64,000 nucleotides of DNA from Candidatus Moraniibacteriota bacterium (GTDB taxonomy: Bacteria > Patescibacteriota > Minisyncoccia > Moranbacterales > UBA1568). The notes under the pieces are model-generated. The model was not told where the DNA came from and did no database searches. It was given only the letters and a program-made list of their open reading frames with translations. Position 1 is the first letter of the stretch, and the number at the start of each line of letters is the position of its first letter. Shown piece by piece: positions 20,260 through 30,501 of this stretch. The translations under genes were made by a program, and so were the position numbers. The stretch spans positions 144,627 to 208,626 of the forward strand of contig JAQTYF010000001.1 of assembly GCA_028688415.1 (NCBI GenBank), in the 5' to 3' direction.

Positions 20260-21090
20260 ATGCCAAAGATTCTTTTCGTCGAAGATGATCCATTTATTGC
20301 TGAAATTTATAAGAAAAAATTTGCGAGCTCTGGTTTTGATGTGCTCAATGTCATAACTGGGAAATCAGCACTCAAGGAAGCTCTCGAACAGAAATTCGAT
20401 TTGATATTGCTTGATCTCGTGATCCCAGAACTGAGCGGTACAGAAGTGCTTCGTGAATTACGTCACAATCCTGAATACGATCCGAATATGAAAATTGTTG
20501 TGTTCAGTAACCTGAGCTCACAAGAAGATCGTGATGAGTGTCTTGGTCTCGGTGCCAATGGATTTATCTCCAAGACAGAATTTTCTCCATCGGAAGTTGT
20601 CGTCGAAGTCAATCGCTTCCTGAGTCAATTCAGTGAACAGGCCAAGAATTCTGCTCGTTTCGAAAAACAAGGTACAGCAGAACATGAAGATGCTCCGGTA
20701 GTAGAGGGAAAAAAGATTCTCTTTGTTGAAGATGAGGCAGTGTTTATCGATATGTTTGGCAAGCGACTCCGAGATGAAGGATATGTCGTGACGACATGTC
20801 GTGACGGTGTCTCTGGACTACAGGCAGCACTTGATGGGACATTTGATCTCGTGATTTCAGATGTGATGATGCCAGGAATGGATGGTCGCGAACTCGTGAT
20901 GAAGTTGAAAGAAGCAGAATCAGAAAACAATACTCCGATATTTCTGTTCTCCGCATCACTCGACGATAGAGATGTTCAGGCACTTATTGATTCCAAGATT
21001 GCCGAGGGAGTATTTCTCAAGACACAAATCACTCCTAGTGAACTCACTTATGCCGTCAATGATTTTTTCAAGGAGCAATCAGAGAAATAA
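20260..21090 (+). CDS. Response regulator with two receiver domains
   Basis: ILFVEDD...DLILLD and ILFVEDE...DLVISDVMMP; no output domain. Confidence 0.92.
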   Translation: MPKILFVEDDPFIAEIYKKKFASSGFDVLNVITGKSALKEALEQKFDLILLDLVIPELSGTEVLRELRHNPEYDPNMKIVVFSNLSSQEDRDECLGLGANGFISKTEFSPSEVVVEVNRFLSQFSEQAKNSARFEKQGTAEHEDAPVVEGKKILFVEDEAVFIDMFGKRLRDEGYVVTTCRDGVSGLQAALDGTFDLVISDVMMPGMDGRELVMKLKEAESENNTPIFLFSASLDDRDVQALIDSKIAEGVFLKTQITPSELTYAVNDFFKEQSEK

Positions 21091-21164
21091 ATAACGATGT
21101 ACGTATATATTGCGTAGTTATAGTTCCTTATAAATTTTCCACTTTTCAGATACGGAGGTTAAGA

Positions 21165-21835
21165 ATGTATAATCCCGAGTCATTATATGATGTTAGCGAA
21201 GAGTACATCCGAGAGAGTCAGATACTTGATTCAAAAAACAGGCCAATCTGTTTGGTTTGGGTGAACGGTCAACAATTCAATTTTTATGTTGGACCAGACG
21301 CGCATGGATTTATTTTTGAGGATGAGGAGGGCGAGTACATCAACGTTGGGAATGAGAAGAGGTGGTGGCGCGGAACATTAGAGCCAATTCCTAATATTCT
21401 GAGACCCGACAGATTGAATGAGTTTGGGTTTTGTTCTATCAAGCCGGATGCCTTTGAAAGAGGCTTGGCTGAATTCATCAGGGCAGAAATTGAGTCGATG
21501 GGACTTGAAATTATTGGAAAAAAAGCGGTGTTAATTGAAAAGTCAGAATTATTTCGGCTTTACCCGTACTTTTTTGAATCCGAGTGGGAATCAGTTTTGA
21601 TAAAGTACTTTTGCTCGGCACCAACATTGTTTATGATTCTCAGAGGCAATCAGTGACAGAAAATCTTCTCAAGCTGAGAAAAGCAATGAGACTGAAATTT
21701 AGGAAGTCTGAAGAACACCCGATTCGAAACATGTTCCATTGCTCAGATTCACAACTGGAGGCTATTCGCGAAGCGAGTATATTTTTTGGAGCAGAGGAAT
21801 TACTTAAATTGGTCGGTTGTTCCGAAGACCTGTAG
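21165..21835 (+). pseudogene. Nucleoside-diphosphate kinase-like gene with N-terminal extension, frameshifted near 21650
   Basis: IKPDAFERGL in ORF 21165-21656; catalytic-His motif RNMFHCSDS in the other frame (21584-21835). Confidence 0.75.
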
Positions 21836-21887
21836 ATAACGTTTAGCTGAAGCAGCTAGACGTTATTTTTAAAATAATATCTTATAT

Positions 21888-23249
21888 ATGGAGAATTTAT
21901 TTTTTCTAATAGGAGGTAGTTTTTTAATTATATCAATATTTTGGCTCTTAAAAATTTTAAAGAGTTTTTTTTGGATTAAAAATAGCGCTGTTAATAATAT
22001 TATTTTTAACAGCGTTGATAATAACATCCGATTCTTTATTTTAATACCCGTACTTGATGAAACAGCCATATTGGAGGATACAGTTAAATATTTTTTAAAG
22101 ATTTCTCGGGTTTTTAAAGGTTCTAAAATAATTATTATTACTACAGAAAAGGAGTATCGATTTAATCACTCTGGAAGTAAGAATGATACTGTTGCTTTAT
22201 CAAAATCATTAGAGGGGCAATTTAAGGATGTAGTACATGTGCATTATCCGGATGTTGATGGCAAAATGGCACATCAGGTAAATTACGCTGTTAATTTCGT
22301 AAAAAATAACTTAGATAAAAAGGACTTTTTTGCTCTTTATAATGCAGACTCTAGGCCTGATATTAGAACATTTAGCTGGATTAATAATTTCCAACTCAAT
22401 AAACGGCATGGCAATTCTTCAGAAGTATTTCAACAGTATGGGAATTACCTTGGAAACTATTTAAAAATTGTGTCTATGCCCAATTTTTTTGAGAAAGCAA
22501 TTTTAGTCTCTGCATCATTGTGGCAAAATAGATGGAGCATTGGTTTTGAAATACCACATTCCTTGAATCAACTCAAAAAAAGAGAGAGGGGCAATTTTTT
22601 CTCCTTTCCAATGAATTATTGTATTGGGCACGGACTCTTTTTCTCGTGCAGAATTTACGATAAGGTTAGGGGTTTTTCTGAGAATATGCACAATGAAGAT
22701 GCTATTTTTGGTCTGAAGTTAAGTTATTATCAAGATACCATTGTCCCAATTCCATTTTTTGATGAAGCCTTCTCCCCGGAGAGTGTAAAGAGTTTATTTT
22801 TCCAAAAAGTCAACTGGTTTTTTGGACCACTGCAATCTTTTGAATACTATTCCCAAATAATAAAAGATGATCATTCGGTGAGAAAGAGTCGTTTGTTAGT
22901 GCTTACTTTAAAACTATTTAGCCATGCTGTTTATTGGATTTTCGGGCCGCTTATGATGATGTTTCTTTTTATCTATGCATTATTGTCAGAAACAGCGGCA
23001 ATTTGGCTTTTCTTTAATTTAACTTTTATTTCCTTTTTTATAATTCCAAATTTCTTTTCTTGGTTAATTACGCGGAATAGAATAATTGCCAGTGAGATAC
23101 CAGCAATTATTTTTTATTTATTTGTGGGGAGCCTTTTTTTCTATGCGTTGCACGGTCTCGCCGGATGTTTATCCCTATGGCGCTATCTCGGTCACATAAT
23201 GTTTGGGCAACCACTTATTCAAAAGAATAAAACTGCGTTGTACAAGTAA
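21888..23249 (+). CDS. Glycosyltransferase family 2, membrane-bound
   Basis: LIPVLDE, KMAHQVNYA, YNADS, NED and QKVNW motifs; flanking TM helices. Confidence 0.85.
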   Translation: MENLFFLIGGSFLIISIFWLLKILKSFFWIKNSAVNNIIFNSVDNNIRFFILIPVLDETAILEDTVKYFLKISRVFKGSKIIIITTEKEYRFNHSGSKNDTVALSKSLEGQFKDVVHVHYPDVDGKMAHQVNYAVNFVKNNLDKKDFFALYNADSRPDIRTFSWINNFQLNKRHGNSSEVFQQYGNYLGNYLKIVSMPNFFEKAILVSASLWQNRWSIGFEIPHSLNQLKKRERGNFFSFPMNYCIGHGLFFSCRIYDKVRGFSENMHNEDAIFGLKLSYYQDTIVPIPFFDEAFSPESVKSLFFQKVNWFFGPLQSFEYYSQIIKDDHSVRKSRLLVLTLKLFSHAVYWIFGPLMMMFLFIYALLSETAAIWLFFNLTFISFFIIPNFFSWLITRNRIIASEIPAIIFYLFVGSLFFYALHGLAGCLSLWRYLGHIMFGQPLIQKNKTALYK

Positions 23250-23687
23250 TTATTTTTGGCTGTAACCTACTAAATGGTGACTATTTTTTTTGAGGATAGC
23301 GAAAAGGCTAGGAAGATATTCAACAGTTTTTATGTTGATAGGTATTTTATCTATAGATACCCATTGATGCTGGTCGTGATCTTCTTTATTTAAGAGTATA
23401 TTAGTCTCATTGCATACGCCAATAAATATAAGACGAATAAATTGTTTGTTCTTTTTTCTATCGATATTTGATGTGTAATGAAACAGGCTAAGGTTTTGAA
23501 TATCAATCCCTGTTTCTTCTTTGGTTTCTCGAATAGCTCCTTCTTCTGGATCTTCCCCGTCGTCAAGTGTTCCTCCTGGGATATCCCAAAGACCAGGTAG
23601 AGTGTCCTCGCTAAGTGATCTCCGAATAAGGAGCACCTCTCGGTTCCCATTGAAGAGAACAGCATGTACAATTATTCCTTTGTCCAT
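23250..23687 (-). CDS. NUDIX hydrolase (MutT-like)
   Basis: PGGTLDDGEDPEEGAIRETKEETG. Confidence 0.93.
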   Translation of the reverse strand: MDKGIIVHAVLFNGNREVLLIRRSLSEDTLPGLWDIPGGTLDDGEDPEEGAIRETKEETGIDIQNLSLFHYTSNIDRKKNKQFIRLIFIGVCNETNILLNKEDHDQHQWVSIDKIPINIKTVEYLPSLFAILKKNSHHLVGYSQK

Positions 23688-23776
23688 ATTAGTTAAAATT
23701 ATTTTTATTACACTATTAATTCATTGACTTTATTCATAAACTATAGCATAGTGTAGAGTATCCTGGAATAAACCAA

Positions 23777-24130
23777 ATGGATATTGATTTAGCAAGAAAT
23801 TTTTGTAAGGAGGCATTTATAAAATTTGAATTGTGGGGCTTTTTCGACAGAAGTGGTAATGTCAAAAAGTTTTCAAATGATGTACACAAAGAAGTTGTCT
23901 ATGGATGTGAACAGCGACGGCCCTTAGAAAGGATGCATATAAATTTTAAGGGAGATGTTATTTTGTGCTGTATGGATTGGAAATGGCAGCATAAATTAGG
24001 AAATGTGAACGAGAGGTCTTTAGAAGAAATATGGAATTCTGAGATTTATAATGAATATCGTAAGTCTATTTACAATAATGGATCAGGAACACGAACAGGT
24101 CTATGTAAGAAATGCAAGTTATCGTTATGA
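23777..24130 (+). pseudogene. SPASM-domain fragment, probably a 5'-truncated radical SAM gene
   Basis: C...GDVILCC..LGNV...SLEEIW...CKKC; no CxxxCxxC core; in-frame stop just upstream. Confidence 0.7.
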
Positions 24131-24768
24131 TGATTTCATTTGATGGCAATGTTTATGTGGGAAAAACGACTTTAATTAAGTCATTATCTCAGAGATATGG
24201 TTTTTCTACCATTGATGAACACTCTTTTTTTATTAATGATATTCAACAGAAAGATTATTATGAGAATGAGTATGTTAACACGCAGGCACGATATCTTGAT
24301 GTAGATATCCAGAGAGGAAAACTTCTTAGAAATGGCATCAATCTTTTAGACAGGAGTTTTGTTTCTGTAAGTGCCCATGTTTATGCTATTTATAAATTGG
24401 GGTTGGTTGATATAAGAAGTTCATATCTTGAACTCTTGGTATCTAAGGTGGGGGAAATATTAATACCAGACATATTCGTTTTTGTAAGTTGTGAGTATGA
24501 GACTTCGCGTGCAAGATGTTTTGAGAGTGGTAATAGAAAACAAACGGGGGATTTATATCTTTCCGAACAATATTTCAGGTTCGTGAAAATATTTAATGTT
24601 AATTTTATCTCGATGGTTAATGGCCATGTTATTGATACAGAGAGCATCTTTACGGATACATCGTGTGTTGATATGTACAATCGAATTGTTCTCAATTCAA
24701 GAAATAAAAAAATAACAAAAGACACAGTAGCGATGATTGATAACATTCGAAACTGTCTTGATCTATAA
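24127..24768 (+). CDS. Deoxynucleoside/thymidylate kinase-like P-loop kinase
   Basis: FDGNVYVGKTT, LLDRS and PD motifs. Confidence 0.75.
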   Translation: MMISFDGNVYVGKTTLIKSLSQRYGFSTIDEHSFFINDIQQKDYYENEYVNTQARYLDVDIQRGKLLRNGINLLDRSFVSVSAHVYAIYKLGLVDIRSSYLELLVSKVGEILIPDIFVFVSCEYETSRARCFESGNRKQTGDLYLSEQYFRFVKIFNVNFISMVNGHVIDTESIFTDTSCVDMYNRIVLNSRNKKITKDTVAMIDNIRNCLDL

Positions 24769-24876
24769 GGATTTATAATAGAAACTGTTGCTATTATAAT
24801 GCTTTTGTGATATAAATGTATGTTACCAAGTTTGAAGTAACAATTGAACTTTACCAATTGAATGAAGGAGAAAATC

Positions 24877-26145
24877 ATGAGTATAACCTTTGGACTTGAT
24901 TTTGGAACTACGAACTCTGTTTTGGCAATTTTGCAAAATGGCCAAGTAAAAGTTGCGAGTATTGATCCGAGCGGGGCTGTAGAAGAAACCCTGAAATCAG
25001 TTCTTTTCTTCGACGAAGAAAATTATGTGGCCGTTGGTCAAGAGGCTATCAACCAATACGTTGGTTACGGTGGTGTGTACGGTCGCTTCATGCAGTCGAT
25101 TAAGGCGTTTTTGCCAAACAAAAGTTTCACTGAGACATATGTTTTTGGTAAGCGTTACGAGATTGAAGATCTGATAGCCTTAATTTTGAAAGCTATCAAA
25201 CATCATGGTGAGCTTTATGTCGGTCACGTTGTGGACACAGTAATGATGGGACGTCCTGTTATTTTTTCGGAGGACAAGGAGTTAGATCTTTTGGCCGAAG
25301 AAAGATTGCGAGCCGCCGCCCTGCGTTCTGGGTTTACGAATATCCATTTCGTATATGAGCCTATTGCTGCTACGCTTGCTTACGAATCACAACTCAAGTC
25401 AGGTGAGGAAAAACTTGTTCTTATGGGTGATTTTGGTGGTGGCACCTCGGATTTTGTTGTTATGCGTCTTTGCGGCCGTGACACGCCGAAAAACAATCGG
25501 AAGGATGATATTCTCTCCATTGGGGGGGTGTATATTGCTGGTGATGCTTTCGATGCTTCTATCATGTGGCACAAAATAGCTAAACACTTCGGCAAAGGGG
25601 CAAAAGTCTATGGTGCCTCGAATCGTCAAATTCTTGATATGCCGATTTGGATTCCGCAGACACTTTGTCGGTGGCATATGATTCCGCAGCTTCGTAGCAA
25701 GAAAACACTTCAGATTATCCAATCTCTTCATGGTGTATCTGACGAAGATCGGAAGGCTTTGGAGAATCTGCGTACGCTCATTATGGAAAATCTTGGGTAC
25801 TTGCTGTTTAGGGCCATTGAAAAAGCGAAGCGGGAGTTGTCTGATAACGAATCTGCCATTATTGAATTTTCCGAGAAGGGGGTTGTAATTCACGAGGAAA
25901 TTACAAGGGAGGAATTTGAAATCATGGCTGACGATAACTTTCAGAAGATTAACGCTTGTGTAGATGAAACATTGGTTCGCGCAGGCGTGTCTTTGTCAGA
26001 TATCGATACCGTCCTGTTGACCGGCGGGTCATCGTTTATTCCAAGAATCCGAAGAATTTTTTCGAGTAAATTCGGAGAGGAAAAAATAATATCGATTGAT
26101 GCGTTTATGAGCGTAGCCTATGGGCTCGGCCTCTGCGCATCATAG
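24877..26145 (+). CDS. Hsp70-family ATPase, YegD-like
   Basis: GLDFGTTNS, GRPV, YEPIAA, DFGGGTSD and LTGGSS motifs; AAGGAG SD. Confidence 0.9.
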   Translation: MSITFGLDFGTTNSVLAILQNGQVKVASIDPSGAVEETLKSVLFFDEENYVAVGQEAINQYVGYGGVYGRFMQSIKAFLPNKSFTETYVFGKRYEIEDLIALILKAIKHHGELYVGHVVDTVMMGRPVIFSEDKELDLLAEERLRAAALRSGFTNIHFVYEPIAATLAYESQLKSGEEKLVLMGDFGGGTSDFVVMRLCGRDTPKNNRKDDILSIGGVYIAGDAFDASIMWHKIAKHFGKGAKVYGASNRQILDMPIWIPQTLCRWHMIPQLRSKKTLQIIQSLHGVSDEDRKALENLRTLIMENLGYLLFRAIEKAKRELSDNESAIIEFSEKGVVIHEEITREEFEIMADDNFQKINACVDETLVRAGVSLSDIDTVLLTGGSSFIPRIRRIFSSKFGEEKIISIDAFMSVAYGLGLCAS

Positions 26146-26161
26146 TGCTGATTTCTGTTTG

Positions 26162-26198
26162 AGTCTTGGTTGTTGTAATAATGACCAAGACTTTTTTT
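26162..26198 (+). terminator. Intrinsic terminator
   Basis: agtcttggt...accaagact followed by a T-run. Confidence 0.75.
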
Positions 26199-26263
26199 AT
26201 GATTTGAGTTATGGTAGAATGATATATTATTGATTCGTTGTTTTTAATTTAATCGTATGAAAG

Positions 26264-26389
26264 ATGGATCGTATCATCGTCATCGAAGATGGAAAAATTG
26301 TCGAGTCTGGTTCACACAAAGAACTCATTGCCAAACAAGGAAGTTATTGTCATTTCTGGCAACAGCAAACTGACGGATTTATTGAATAA
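26264..26389 (+). pseudogene. Orphan 3' remnant of an ABC exporter ATP-binding protein (not in the ORF track)
   Basis: [41 protein letters not shown] matches the typical post-H-loop C-terminus of ABCB exporters. Confidence 0.85.
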
Positions 26390-26461
26390 AAATAGGATGC
26401 TTGTTTTTCGGAAGCCTTTTTGTTATGATAAAGTTATATTTAAGCCATTGTCATAACATCT

Positions 26462-27871
26462 ATGGAAGCCAAGAAACGTGTTCTCATCGCTGAAGCATCA
26501 AAATATATTGGAAAAGAGGTGAAACTGTCTGGTTGGATAGATGTACGCCGTGATCATGGTAAACTCATCTTTCTCGATTTGCGCGATATGAGCGGTAAAG
26601 TGCAGATGGTAGTCCTCCCGAATCATCCAGAGGCCATAGCAGTCGCACAGACCCTCCGTTCTGAGTGGGTGGTGGAAATAGTAGGGAGTGTGAATCCTCG
26701 CCCAGAGAAACTTGTGAATAGCGAGCAGGAGAATGGTGCTATCGAAATAGAAGTGCTCTCGGTGACTGTTCTCAATACTGCCGAGACACCAGCATTCGAT
26801 GTGTCTTCTGATGGCAAAGAAATCAGTGAAGAACTCCGTCTCAAATATCGCTATCTCGATTTGCGTCGTGATCGGATGCAGAAGAATATGCGGAACCGTC
26901 ATCTCGTGACGAATTTCGTCCGCAATTTCTATACCCAAGAAGGATTCGTAGAAATCGAAACGCCCAATATGACCAAGTCGACTCCGGAAGGATCACGTGA
27001 CTATATCGTTCCTTCTCGTATTGATAAAGGAAAATTCTATGCCTTGCCACAATCCCCACAACAGTACAAGCAACTGCTGATGGCCGCTGGTTTCGAGAGA
27101 TATTTCCAAGTGGCTCGCTGTTTCCGTGATGAAGATACCCGCGGTGATCGTCAGCCAGAGTTCACGCAGATTGATATGGAAATGAGTTTCGTCACGCAGG
27201 AGGATGTGATGCAGATCAACGAAAAACTCATCACAGAATTGGTACAAAAAATCTATCCCGAGAAAAAAATCCAGGAACTTCCTTTTCCACGTTTGACATA
27301 CCAAGAAGCAATGGAGAAATATGGCTCAGACAAACCAGATATCCGTACCGATAAGAATGATCCAAATCTTCTTGCTTTTTGTTGGGTGATAGACTTTCCT
27401 TTTTTTGAGAAAGATGATAAAGGTGGCTGGACATTTACACACAATCCATTCTCCGCTCCGAAACCTGAGTTTATGAATGACTTGATGGAGAAGAAAAACA
27501 TCGAAAGTATCGGAGCAGCACAATATGATATGGTACTCAATGGCTACGAAATCGGTGGTGGAGGAATACGAAATCATAACCCGGAAGCTCTCAAAAAAGT
27601 GTTTGAAGTGATGGGATATTCCGCCGAAAGAATTGAGAAAAATTTTCATCATATGCTCGAGGCTCTCGCTTCGGGGACACCACCGCACGGAGGACTGGCA
27701 TTCGGATTTGATCGATTGATGATGCTCCTTCAGAATGAACCGAACATTCGTGAAGTTATTCCTTTTGCAAAAACTGGTGAAGGACGTGATCCAATGATGG
27801 AATCACCATCCGAAGTCTCTCTTGACCAGCTCATCGAACTCGGCCTCCGTATCACGAAAGAAGAGAAGTAG
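26462..27871 (+). CDS. aspS: Aspartate--tRNA ligase, short form lacking the GAD domain
   Basis: RRDHGKLIFLDLRD, ALPQSPQ, FRDED.R.DRQPEFTQ and PPHGG...G.DR motifs. Confidence 0.97.
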   Translation: MEAKKRVLIAEASKYIGKEVKLSGWIDVRRDHGKLIFLDLRDMSGKVQMVVLPNHPEAIAVAQTLRSEWVVEIVGSVNPRPEKLVNSEQENGAIEIEVLSVTVLNTAETPAFDVSSDGKEISEELRLKYRYLDLRRDRMQKNMRNRHLVTNFVRNFYTQEGFVEIETPNMTKSTPEGSRDYIVPSRIDKGKFYALPQSPQQYKQLLMAAGFERYFQVARCFRDEDTRGDRQPEFTQIDMEMSFVTQEDVMQINEKLITELVQKIYPEKKIQELPFPRLTYQEAMEKYGSDKPDIRTDKNDPNLLAFCWVIDFPFFEKDDKGGWTFTHNPFSAPKPEFMNDLMEKKNIESIGAAQYDMVLNGYEIGGGGIRNHNPEALKKVFEVMGYSAERIEKNFHHMLEALASGTPPHGGLAFGFDRLMMLLQNEPNIREVIPFAKTGEGRDPMMESPSEVSLDQLIELGLRITKEEK

Positions 27872-27895
27872 TTTCGGCTCTTAAAGAGAATCTTT

Positions 27896-28633
27896 ATGAA
27901 GACTATCGTCGCTATTGGAGGAGGGGAAATAGGAGAATTGGAAACTCTCTCTATTGATCGTGCGATTGTGAAACTTACAAAAAAGGATCATCCGAATGTG
28001 CTTTTCATCCCAACGGCGAGTAGCGATTCTACTGGATATGCAGAAACTTTTCAGAAAGTGTACGGGAAGAAACTCGGTTGCGATATCGATGTCCTCTATC
28101 TTTTGAAAGAAAAACTTTCTAAAAAAGAAATTGAGAAGAAAATTCTCTCAGCTGATATTATTTATGTCGGCGGTGGAAACACGCTCCGGATGATGAAAGC
28201 TTGGCGAAAAAATGGTGTGGATGGATTGCTCAGAAAAGCTCATAAAAAAGGGATAATTTTGGCAGGTCTCAGTGCAGGATCCATTTGTTGGTTCCGTTAT
28301 GGATCGAGCGATGCTCGGAGATTTGCAAATCCGAAAGATACTTCTTTTATGCGGGTACGTGGTCTTGGTATCATTCCACTGACTGTCAGCCCACACCATA
28401 TTCGCGAGAAAAAACTCCGAGATGCTGGATTGGTAAAATTGATAAAGAGAACTCCTGGTATCGGACTTGCTCTTGATGATTATACAGCGATTCTTATTCA
28501 AGATGATCGATACGAGATATTGAAATCAAAAAAAGATGTTGGAATCGTCAAAGTGTTCCGGAATAAGGGAAAGATAGAACAGATTCCTCTCAAATCATCA
28601 GGAACACTCGTGGAATTATTGGAGAAGAAATAA
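27896..28633 (+). CDS. Peptidase E (S51) / GATase1-like protein
   Basis: FIPTAS, YVGGGNT, GLSAGS and SPH motifs. Confidence 0.88.
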   Translation: MKTIVAIGGGEIGELETLSIDRAIVKLTKKDHPNVLFIPTASSDSTGYAETFQKVYGKKLGCDIDVLYLLKEKLSKKEIEKKILSADIIYVGGGNTLRMMKAWRKNGVDGLLRKAHKKGIILAGLSAGSICWFRYGSSDARRFANPKDTSFMRVRGLGIIPLTVSPHHIREKKLRDAGLVKLIKRTPGIGLALDDYTAILIQDDRYEILKSKKDVGIVKVFRNKGKIEQIPLKSSGTLVELLEKK

Positions 28634-28637
28634 ATAT

Positions 28638-29213
28638 ATGAATATCGAATATGAAGCGACGTTTCCTGATATTGAGAAGGAAGAGATGCGTCTTATATTA
28701 GAAAAATCAGGGGCGACGCTGATACGACCAGAGTTTCTTCAGAAGCGAGTCGTATTTGCTCTCCCGACAGGACATGAAATCACAGGTGGGTGGGCGCGTG
28801 TACGTAATGAGGGAAACAAAATAACGATGAGTCTCAAAATAGTCGATGGAGACAAGATCGAGAATCAACGAGAGATCTGTCTGACTGTCGATAGTTTCGA
28901 GCAAGCAGAACTGTTTCTCACCACTATCGGATGCAGGAAGAAGTCATACCAAGAAACCAAGAGAGAATTGTGGATGATGGGTGACACCGAAATCACTATC
29001 GATGAATGGCCTTTTCTCCGACCGTTTCTGGAAATTGAAGGGAAGTCTGAGGAGGTTGTGAAACAAGTGACAGAGAAACTTGGTTTGGATTATAGAGAGG
29101 CGCTTTTTGGCGCAGTCGATATCATCTACATACATCAGTATCCCCATCTCACTTTTGATCGTATCAACAAGACGCCTCGTATCGTATTTGAAGGTGAGAA
29201 TCCTTTTTTATGA
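28638..29213 (+). CDS. CYTH-domain protein
   Basis: IEYEA, WARVR, ETKRE and LEIEG motifs. Confidence 0.85.
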   Translation: MNIEYEATFPDIEKEEMRLILEKSGATLIRPEFLQKRVVFALPTGHEITGGWARVRNEGNKITMSLKIVDGDKIENQREICLTVDSFEQAELFLTTIGCRKKSYQETKRELWMMGDTEITIDEWPFLRPFLEIEGKSEEVVKQVTEKLGLDYREALFGAVDIIYIHQYPHLTFDRINKTPRIVFEGENPFL

Positions 29214-29557
29214 AAAACTATGCGACGAAATTCATCGGGAGTATAGTTGATATACAAATCGACAGACCTCTGGGTTCGAAACATCCAAAACACGGATTTG
29301 TGTACGAAGTGAATTACGGATTTGTTCCTGATACTCTGGCACCAGATGGAGAAGAAATCGACGCGTATTTCCTCGGAATAAACGAACCCGTAGAGAAACA
29401 GAAGGGGAAATGTATCGCTGTTATCCATCGGACCAATGATGACGATGATAAACTCGTCATGATCCCTCAGTCGATGAATGATATGAGTGATGAAGATATC
29501 GAAAAGCTCACCCATTTCCAAGAGCAGTTTTTCACATCAGAAATAGTGAGGAAATAA
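29210..29557 (+). CDS. Short inorganic pyrophosphatase-like protein
   Basis: IDRPLGSKHP, VNYG, DGEEIDAY and DDKLV motifs. Confidence 0.85.
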   Translation: MKNYATKFIGSIVDIQIDRPLGSKHPKHGFVYEVNYGFVPDTLAPDGEEIDAYFLGINEPVEKQKGKCIAVIHRTNDDDDKLVMIPQSMNDMSDEDIEKLTHFQEQFFTSEIVRK

Positions 29558-29581
29558 ATCTCAGTGAATCTATCGATAATT

Positions 29582-30499
29582 ATGAATAATTCAGATTTTC
29601 AGACAAGACTGTGTGGTCGTATTGAAGAGAAACTTAAAATACGAATTGTCGATATGCACATTCCTCCACAAGGAATGTCGAGCAAAGTATTTTTTGTGAA
29701 ATCTGATACAGAGAAGAAATACGCTATTAAATACGGCAATGACGTAACGAAAGATGTTTCTGCTTTGAAATTGATTATGAAGGAGGGTATTGATATCCCT
29801 GTTCCACGATTGTATGCGTCATTCCTTTTTGAAGAAACTCCCATAATTATTCTAGAAAAAATAAACTTTCCTTTGCTAGAATCGGTCTCAAAAGATCAAA
29901 TGCCAAAGTACATTCCATCGATGATTGGAAACTTGAGGAAATTGCATTCAATAAAATTTGATAGATCAGGGTCGCTCATTGATTCAAAAAGTGAAAAATC
30001 GTGGAAGGAGATGTTGTCCGCGATATTTGATGGTGATGAATTTGATTGGAATGAAATTGCCAAGCGAGAAGGGCTCGATACGGAGTTGGTCCTGTCATCA
30101 GTGGAAAAAATAAGAGAAAAAATAAACAACACGGTTTTTGAAGAAGGAAATTATTCTCTTCTTCATACGGATTTTAATCAGAGAAATTTATTTGTTGATC
30201 CGAAAAGTGATGAAATAACAGGAATTATTGATTGGGAGGAGGCTTTATTTGGTGACCCTCTCTATGATTTTGCTCGAGTACGTATGTTTATGTGGCATTT
30301 TGGCTTTGATAACTCGTCTATTCAAGCCTACTATGATTTGATGAACTATACAGATGAACAGAAAGCGCTCGAAAATCTATATCGGCTTGTCCTGGTTATT
30401 CAGTATCTCGCATGGTATTCTGAAGATCTAAGTGAGTTTGCTCGAGGAAGAATCAAATTGCATCAGGATTATTTGCGGACGTATAATTGGGAAAAATAG
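29582..30499 (+). CDS. APH-family phosphotransferase
   Basis: LLHTDFNQRN, IIDWEEA and GDPLYD motifs. Confidence 0.88.
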   Translation: MNNSDFQTRLCGRIEEKLKIRIVDMHIPPQGMSSKVFFVKSDTEKKYAIKYGNDVTKDVSALKLIMKEGIDIPVPRLYASFLFEETPIIILEKINFPLLESVSKDQMPKYIPSMIGNLRKLHSIKFDRSGSLIDSKSEKSWKEMLSAIFDGDEFDWNEIAKREGLDTELVLSSVEKIREKINNTVFEEGNYSLLHTDFNQRNLFVDPKSDEITGIIDWEEALFGDPLYDFARVRMFMWHFGFDNSSIQAYYDLMNYTDEQKALENLYRLVLVIQYLAWYSEDLSEFARGRIKLHQDYLRTYNWEK

Positions 30500-30501
30500 A
30501 A

